A stretch of DNA of 64,000 bases from Octopus vulgaris (Eukaryota), in assembly GCA_951406725.2 (NCBI GenBank), contig OX597821.1, positions 1,178,001 to 1,242,000 on the forward strand, given 5' to 3'. Within the stretch, counting starts at the first letter, position 1. The number at the start of each line of letters is the position of its first letter. Of the stretch, positions 55,722 to 64,000 are shown piece by piece. A program made the position numbers and the translations under genes. The notes beneath the pieces are model-generated. The model was given only the letters and a program-made list of their open reading frames with translations, was not told the origin of the DNA and did not search any database.

Positions 55722-56846
55722 TACAGGACACCACAAATAAACGTAGAACACAACGAGAAACGAAAACATAAAAACAAACAAGAAAACGGACTTTTTTTAA
55801 CAACGAAAAAACAGAGTACAAGACAAACAACACAAGGAATATTACCCTTCATCAGCTGCCCCTGGTTCGACTCAATGCGTGTTTCGAAGGTAAGGGCAGA
55901 ACACGATCCGACCGAAGCGTTCCTTCCTGGAAAATGAATTAAATAAAATTATTTTGCAGAGGGGTAAAAAAAGGAAAGAAAAAAAGTGACAAGAACAGGA
56001 CGTAAAAGCAATACAAATAAAAATACAGTACACATAAAGAATAAAAACAGGACAAGGAAACCAACATTGAGGGCTTTTTTTAAGCCTAGACGGTGGAACT
56101 GCTCGCTGCTTTCAACAAGTCAACATCGACTTTCTTCTTGTCTCTAGCAAGTCGATCTTCTGAATTGCGTTCCAACGAATGTTTCCACCGTCTAGGCTTA
56201 AAAAAGTCCTTATTGTTGGTTTCCTTGTCCTGTTTTTATTCTTTACGTGAGATCTGTTGGTAGAACTCGCCCGCGAACGAGAAGCAATTAAGAGAAAGGA
56301 CAAGTTCGGTCAGACGAATGAGTGTGGATGTGTCGGGTTCGGGATTGGGGCGGAGGTCGAGAAAGTGTTGAAGTGCACGCAGTCCTTCGTGGTGAGGGAT
56401 GACGGTATAGAGGCTCTGGATGTCCATTGTAAAGAGGAGTTCGGAGGAGCAAGGAGGAAAAGAGAAAGAGTTGAAAAGCCGCAGAGCATGGTTGGTGTCG
56501 TGGATGTGAGAGGGAAGAGACGCCACTAGGGGGGCAAGGACACGGTCGAGGTATTTTGAGATAAGCTCGTTGGGACAGTTACAGGCGGAGACGATGGGGC
56601 GGCCAGGGTTGTTGGGTTTGTGGATTCTGGGGAGGAAGTAAATGGTGGGTGTGCGTGGGGTTCGGACAATGAGGTTGGATGCGGTGTGGGGGAGACGGGA
56701 GGACGAGATGAGGTCGTGGACAGTAGAGGAGACCGTCTGTTAGTAGCTAAGCGTGGGGAGAGGACAGAGGGGAGTAGAAGGAGGTGTCATTGAGTTGGCG
56801 GAGCGCCTCGGCCCTGTAGAGGTCCGCGCGCCATACCACCACGACA
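55718..56846 (-). mobile_element. Penelope-like element fragment: RT N-terminal part (56250-56846) plus probable non-coding pLTR with a local inversion
   Basis: VVVW..DLY..EA.RQLND..FY, YFLPRIHKPNNPGRPIVSAC, TMDIQSLYTVIPH, VLSLNCFSF....YQQI. Confidence 0.85.
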
Positions 56847-56998
56847 TTAAACCTTGTCGGCCGGTTTAATGACAATGTCAGCGCGCCGTCGAAGGGAACG
56901 AAGAGCCGAGAGCTCGGCCGGGGAGATGTTGAGGCAGTGGTGGCGCCTAGAGAAGTTGAACCGCTCCAACGCACGCTGACAGGCACCCGCGAAAAGTA

Positions 56999-57040
<42 letters not shown>

Positions 57041-57374
57041 TGTGTATGCATTCAACAATACATATGTGTGGCTATTCTCAGGCGAAGCCAGATTTATTCT
57101 CTTCTTCAATAGTTTAATTTAGTCTAACATATCCACCTCAGTGCTTAATTTTCTTTTAAAATTCCGGTTCATAATTTGTCGTTCTTTATTTGTCAAACTA
57201 CTAGGACCGACAGATACTCACATACACGCTTTCCCTCTTTCTCATATGCATATAACACACGAAGAAGAACAGAAACATACTGAAACACACACTTATATGC
57301 ATATAGATGTTCATGTATATTTTTGTGTACACACACACTCACACAATTTTTGTATCTTCCGTCTCTCATTAACC

Positions 57375-57420
<46 letters not shown>

Positions 57421-57459
57421 GTGCATGTGTGTGAATACATACATACATACATACATACA

Positions 57460-57525
<66 letters not shown>

Positions 57526-57717
57526 GAAGTAAATATATGGCACAACGAAGTACCGATATTTACTGGAAATAGCGAACGTAATAATACGACGCTAATGTAT
57601 AGCTTCACCGCGTATGTACTAGCAAAAATGCGTGAGTGCAACAAACTTGAAAAAATTGTCTCACCTCCAGGGAGAACATCTGAAAGATGAAATACCTAGA
57701 AAAGGATAATGTGGGAC

Positions 57718-57783
57718 CGGGACCGGTTTCAGATTTTTCAAGATATGTCTGCACACATATACTTGATCTATCTTCATCAGCCA
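57718..57783 (-). ncRNA. Candidate type I hammerhead
   Basis: Minus strand: tgg CTGATGA agat...atct GAAAC cg GTC ccg. Confidence 0.7.
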
Positions 57784-58270
57784 AACATATACCACGACAA
57801 CATTTCAGATGTTACCACATTAATGCCAATACACTCGACTGAAACGCTAAACGCTGACAGAACGAGAACAATGAAGAAGTTTCAATAAAATAGTAATGCA
57901 ATACGAGAGTGTGAAGTGACAGGTTCACCACTGTCTGTTTTTGGCATCTAACCAACCACATACACAATCACGCACACACATACACACACATAGACATTAA
58001 TGCAGTTATATACATACACACACATAGGCACTCATTCACAAAAGAAAACAACAAGATCACCATTCATATGACCTGCACCTTATCACCTTCCTATTCTTAG
58101 GCCTCTCTCCTCCAACCCTTGAACCTTCTAGAATCTTCTACATTCAACCATTTTTGACGTCACTGCTTATAACGGAATATTTTAAAGAAACACTCATTAT
58201 CGCTATGGGCTCCGTGTGGGCAGTCATCTAAAAGTTTTTGTGCATTTTGATTCTGACATAAGTTCCTTGT

Positions 58271-58342
58271 TTTTCCTGATGAGAAGGCGGCATAATGCAC
58301 CCCTTATTCCTTCGAAATTAGGATTATGCAGCCTGTCGAAAA
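58271..58342 (+). ncRNA. Deleted hammerhead of the 53972 family
   Basis: ttttc CTGATGA gaaggc...gcct GTC gaaaa; the canonical GAAACatat segment is missing. Confidence 0.5.
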
Positions 58343-58421
58343 TAAAGGAATTTTGTTAATTCGTCGTTCAACTCCATTCTTTCATTTATATATATATATA
58401 TATATATACATACACAAAGGA

Positions 58422-58715
58422 AGGCGCATGGCTCAGTGGTTAGAGCGCCGAGCTTACAATCGTGAGGTTGTGAGTTCGATCCCGGCCCGGGCTGCATGTT
58501 GTGTTCTTCTGCAAGACTTTATTTCACGTTGCTCCAGTTCCTTAGCTGTAGAAATGAGTTGCGACATAACTCTATCGGCCTTTGCCTTTCCCTCGGATAA
58601 CATCGGTGGTATGGAGAGGGGAGGCTGGTATGCATGGGCGACTGCGCGGACTTGTACCTGGGAGGGTAACTTTCTAGGTGCAATCTCATGGTCAGTCATG
58701 ACCGAAAAGGGTCTC
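58422..58715 (+). mobile_element. tRNA-derived SINE (family of 14368)
   Basis: ggcgcatggctcagtggttagagc...gagttcgatccc. Confidence 0.8.
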
Positions 58716-58764
58716 AACATATATACACATGGAGATACATATAAAAAGGCATATATACATATAC

Positions 58765-60635
58765 ACAGGCATTATCTAACAAACTTTGGGAGTTAAAAGA
58801 AATGGGACATAGTAAGAAAGGCACAGCCTTATAAAAATAGTATGGATGGATGTGAGCTTTACTCTATGGAGATATATGAAATTTTGAAACATAGGGATAA
58901 TACAAACTTATTAAATAACCGTTTTGAACTAGGAGTATCGTGTTTGCATTGTACTACCCATACCTTTAGATATTTTTAAAAAATAGCATTCTGTTATTCC
59001 TAAATTTTAGATCTTAATGTATTTTTAAAATTCAATAAGGAAATAGCATACCCTGCTAGTTTTTATTATTTAATCAGCAATATTTATTAAGAAATTTAAT
59101 AACATAAGCAAATTGAATAAAGTTGAATAAAATTTTTTAAATTTCTATAATTATTACATAAATTCTATATATCTAATGAAGTTATTAAGTTGTATACCTA
59201 ATCCACGATAAGTTTTAAAGATTTGGTAATTTTCATATCTATTTCTGCTAGAATTCTACTCCACCTAATCCTTTTCGATATTATAAATATTACCTCTAAT
59301 AAACCTAAATTATTATACCCCATATAACTACACTTCACTCTTAATACAAAATATAAGATTTCCATATAAATTACATATTTCTATTTTCGCTCTTTTTTTA
59401 AATTTATATTTTGGTTACCTCCCTTCCATTGTATTTTAAAGATTTTGGTATGTGAGTCAATTAATGTCTTATTTACTGAGAATCTCCTCATAAAAAGATT
59501 TTCTAAATCTCCTTAATTAATATTCAAAACCTGATAAAAAATAGATAATATCTAAGTTACTTGGTTTCTATTTCTCTAAAACAACTCTACCCTCATGATC
59601 TTTGTATGTATTAGAAAGCTTTATAAATAGATTATAAATAAATAAATAAGATTTTATAAGTGCCAATAAATAATTATAAATAAATTATAAATTAATTTTA
59701 AACCATTTTTTCTTACTTATTTACTCGCTATATCATTTTATTTATAATATATTTCTATAGATTTCATACTCAACCTATACAGAACCATACTGATATATTT
59801 CACTATTTATTTTATAATACAAGAAATATGTTCTAAGATTATTAGCATATAGAAAATATATAAATTTTTAACATATTCCTTTAATCTAACTTATTAATAC
59901 CAAAAATTACTATTTACTAATTAACTCTAAATACATGTTAGCTTAGTATAGAAATTTATATAAATATGGAATTATTTCTATATTCTCCATCCCTATATTG
60001 TGTAAAATATTGAAATTATTCTGGGGTTTTTTTTGTGTGTGTAAAAAAACTCTCTAAAATGTACCTATGTATTTCAAATTATCACTGAGTTGTCAAATAG
60101 TTAAGTATCATAAGTTTTACTCTCCCTACCCCATCAGCTTTAGCCTGGAAATTTGGCTGAAATATATTCTTACTGAACCTGAATGGTTTTTAATTCAAAG
60201 AAATCTTGATTTATGACTCTGCCACTTAAATTGTCTTTTTACTCTATCCATAAAAGATAGATTCTAGCTTCCATTAGACTTGATAAACTAGTCTATAAAT
60301 TAGAACTACCCCGCTCCCCAGTACTAAATCTAAATAACAAAGTAAAACCAATGATAAGCAGTGTCTTCCTGTGAAAAAATATCTGTTACAACTATGATGT
60401 TGTTGATGAAACATGTTCTTTGTCTTTCTACTTGTGATTTTGGTTAATAGAATAACTATACAAATGAATCTTTTGAATTTAACTAAATTCTATATTTTTA
60501 TGCATCTGAAGATTGCTCTACATTTTAAAACTGATGTAATATTTTCATTGTTCAATTAAATGGAGTCGCATGAAACGATCGTACTGCATTACCTTTAGAT
60601 ATCCTTGTTGCTTATTTTGATTGTAATATATGTAT
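58765..60635 (+). mobile_element. PLE 3' portion: GIY-YIG C-terminus (58765-58979) plus probable long AT-rich 3' region ending in a hammerhead
   Basis: Manual translation ALSNKLWELK / KWDIVRKAQPY....GCELYSMEIYEILK....LLNNRFE....CLH; linkage to the AT-rich region is inferred. Confidence 0.6.
60500..60589 (+). ncRNA. Candidate type I hammerhead
   Basis: atgcat CTGAAGA ttgctctacattt...aaatggagtcgcat GAAAC gatc GTA ctgcat; mismatches next to the core. Confidence 0.65.
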
Positions 60636-60773
60636 ATTCTACATTGAGAGAAAGACGGGATGGACGCTTCATTTTTGTGCTGGTACCGCATAATGTCGTA
60701 CGCGAATGAGAGGATTTGCATCCCCAACGTAGAATTTTTGATGTAATACACGTCCTTGAAGTAGTAATTGTGC

Positions 60774-60851
60774 GCGGCTGAAGAAGGCCATAGACACACA
60801 TTAAGCATTGTTATAAATCCGTCTAATAAAGGCCCGAAACATATGTACCGC
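60774..60851 (+). ncRNA. Candidate type I hammerhead
   Basis: gcgg CTGAAGA aggcc atagac...gtcta ataaa ggccc GAAAC atat GTA ccgc. Confidence 0.75.
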
Positions 60852-61518
60852 TGAATCCTTGGCATCATGTTTTTATTTTGATTAATATATATATATGTAT
60901 ATATACATGCATACACCTACATGTACACGAATATTTTTGTACAGTTTCCGGTTGCCAGATTTTCTTCACAAATCATTGGTAGACATCTAAGGCTGGGACA
61001 TGTAGAGGCTTCCATATATTTCGGACAGAATAAAAGTTTTATTTTGAAACACAACAACTAAGTCACGTCGTAAGGCGGCGAGTGGCACGCCGGGCAAAAT
61101 TCTTATCAGTATTTCGTCCGTCTTTACTTCCCAGGTTCAAACACCGTCGAGGTCGAATTTTGTCTTTCATCGTCTAGCGCTGAGATCGATGAAAGCGACT
61201 TAGACTCTCATCCGAAATTGCTGGCGTTGTGCCAAAATTTGAAACCATTAATAGTATCTTCCTGCTGTGTGGCGACCAGCATGCCAAAGAATAAGACCCA
61301 ACGTTTCCTCAGTGTATCGTAAAAGGCTACTAAACGAGCTCGAGGTAGGATTAACACCCCAGCATCATAAAACCCTCACTAACCACGACTATCCAAACAC
61401 ACCAATGGGTTGGTGGGGTGTTGCTTGAGTGGTGCAGAGGTATCATCCGCCAGAAGGAAGGAATCCACCATTTGTCAATAATGGATGCAGTAACTAGCTG
61501 TTACAGCGCATCTCCTCA

Positions 61519-61581
61519 TACTACTACTACTACTTCCCTACTACTACAACTACTACTACTACTACTACCACCACCACCACC

Positions 61582-61632
<51 letters not shown>

Positions 61633-61682
61633 GCCACTAATACAACTACTACTACTACCCCCACTACACCACCACCACCACC

Positions 61683-61732
<50 letters not shown>

Positions 61733-61758
61733 AACTACTACTGCTGCTGCTGCTGCTG

Positions 61759-61791
<33 letters not shown>
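61519..61791. repeat. Compound (CTA)n/(CCA)n/(CTG)n trinucleotide microsatellite
   Basis: Direct reading. Confidence 0.95.
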
Positions 61792-62274
61792 GAAACTTCG
61801 TTCAAAATGCATACCGGCATCTCTTCCGTTGAAATCCTGATCAGTTCGTATATGCCTTCTATCCTTTCGGGATCGATAAAATAAATACCAGTTGACTGCT
61901 GGTGCCCACTGTTACTATACTATTAGTAACTTCGTTAAATTAGTGAACTGGGTTGCCAGAATTGGTAGTACGTCGGACAAAATGCTGGACGGCATTTCTT
62001 CCGGCTTACATTCTGAGTCTAAGTTCTTCCGAGGTCGACATTTCCTTTCATCGTTTCGTATTTGATAAAATAACTAACATTTACCCTATTCCAACCGTGC
62101 CCACCAAGCCCGAGCTTCAGTCCTTGTGGCTATACTAGAAAGAATTGTTAGTAACTTCGTTTTTCAAAGACAAAACTGTGATTATCTTCGGCAATGTTTA
62201 TTTTACCACAGGAACTAATAAGAAGAAACCGTAAATTGCAGAAACCACAAATCTACATTAGGGCGGTCGTGTGA

Positions 62275-62313
<39 letters not shown>

Positions 62314-62394
62314 TGAGTATATGTGTGTGTATGTATACATATATATATTTATATATGTATATATGTATATATATATGAATATATATACGTGAAT

Positions 62395-62432
<38 letters not shown>

Positions 62433-62467
62433 GTATATATATGCGTATATGTATATATATATGTATG

Positions 62468-62512
<45 letters not shown>

Positions 62513-63644
62513 CAAAGTAAGGGTGAAAAAATTGGATATTAATTTAATAACATTAATTTAACACCAGGTGGTTTAGCGCATAAAAACCTGAGATTCAGTA
62601 AATATTAATACACAAATATGAGAGAGAATCTACTATGTGGACGCTCTTTCGCTAAAAATAGATCCTCAATTTGTATATATATATATATATATTCATATAT
62701 AAATATATATTATAGATGTATCTATCTCGCTACCTGTCTATGTATGTATGTATGTATGTATGTATGTATGTATGTATGTATCTATCTATCTATCTATCTA
62801 CATATATCTTTGTATTTACACACACACACACACACACACACGTACACACACACACACACACATATATAAATATTTGAGAAGCGGTGTATTTAGTACACTA
62901 TACATTAAAGGTATGTGTGTGTATTTATGTGAATGTATATGCATACTCTCACACACACACATACGTACACATAAGCAATACGCCCGTATAGGAACGGTAC
63001 TAAGGCAAATATTGATTTTGGCAACCTGACAAAGAGCAGAGAAGCATTTCGGTGCAAGTCAAGTAGGCAGAGTTGAATGAATAGTAGGAAGGTGGCCGCA
63101 CACTGGCCCACGGGTGTTTAGTCGAGCGACTGACATCTTATCTTTTCTGTCATCTTGACTCGCCGACCGTAAGGAAAGGCAGGAAATAAATCATCAAAAA
63201 CAAAGATATGAAAGACTGAATTCAGATACAAAAATACAAGTTCATTCCATGTACAGTTACCGAAACACCAACACAACGTATATGCGATTAAGTTTGTAAA
63301 CAGGCGTATTGATAGCCTAGCTGTCGAAGTAGGTTCAGTGTGTAAGCTATGCAAGGCTAAGTAATTGCCTGGGAGAAAGATGAAGGCGACTAGTGAATCG
63401 ATAACCCGTCGGGTTTCCTTGAAGTCATTAATGAATGTCTTTTTATAATATAAAAGAATGGTAACTAAATTCTCTCAGCAGACTGAAAAAGAAAAGTAAC
63501 TGAATCCTGACTAAGGCTTTAAAAATAATTGGATGTAATTAGTTGACTAGTGAACTGGGTCATTGTCACTGTTTACTGATTTTCTTATTCTTGTAAACTG
63601 TTTACAAATTCAAAACAAAATGGTGTTGTACAGAAGTAAATAAT

Positions 63645-64000
63645 CTTTTCTACTCTAGGCACAAGGCCCGGAATTTGGGGGGAGGGGGCCAGTCGATTAG
63701 ATCGACCCTAGTACGCAAATGGTACTTAATTTATCGGCGCCGAAAGGATGAAAGGCAAAGTCGACCTCGGCGGAATTTGAACTCAGAACGTAGCGACAGA
63801 CGAAATACCTATTTCTTTACTACCCACAAAAGGCTAAACATAGAGGGGACAAACAAGGACAGACAAACAGATTAAGTCGATTACATCGACCCCAGTGCGT
63901 AACAGATACTTAATTTATCGACCCCGAAAGGATGATAGGCAAAGTCGACCTCGGCGGAATTTGAACTCAAAACGTAACGGCAGACGAAATACCGCAAAGC
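63645..64000 (-). mobile_element. Octopod-type SINE (dimeric), running off the window end
   Basis: Reverse complement of the 11012-11410 copy. Confidence 0.85.

Noticed and set aside
55841-55935. Minus-strand CTGATGA and GAAAC near the PLE end
   Set aside because: Motif order and stems do not close a convincing fold
62636-62672. Minus-strand TTGAGGA tcta..tagc GAAAG agc GTC; similarly weak cases at ~9414 and ~17756
   Set aside because: Several core or stem defects; could be chance

Overview
AT-rich eukaryotic, repeat-saturated DNA with no supportable host gene. The SINE families, the RTE/CR1-group/Tx1 LINEs and the huge TA/CATA microsatellites point to an octopod cephalopod (inference). Recognisable content: five CR1-group LINE copies, one RTE LINE, a near full-length Tx1/L1 element with a 17-bp TSD, Penelope-like (PLE) RT and GIY-YIG fragments, an R4/Dong-like endonuclease remnant, an internally deleted Tc1/mariner carrying a 28S rRNA fragment, and many tRNA-derived SINEs. 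Most long ORFs in the track are microsatellite read-through. The main signal not captured by the ORFs is a set of about 11 type I hammerhead ribozyme motifs (CUGANGA...GAAAC-palindrome-GUH), found by eye. Several lie in the arms of fold-back elements inserted in TA tracts. One belongs to a ~356-nt retrozyme-like unit whose inverted arm stops at the predicted cleavage site and which was itself hit by the Tx1 LINE 4 nt upstream of the ribozyme. All folds were read by eye and were not computed.
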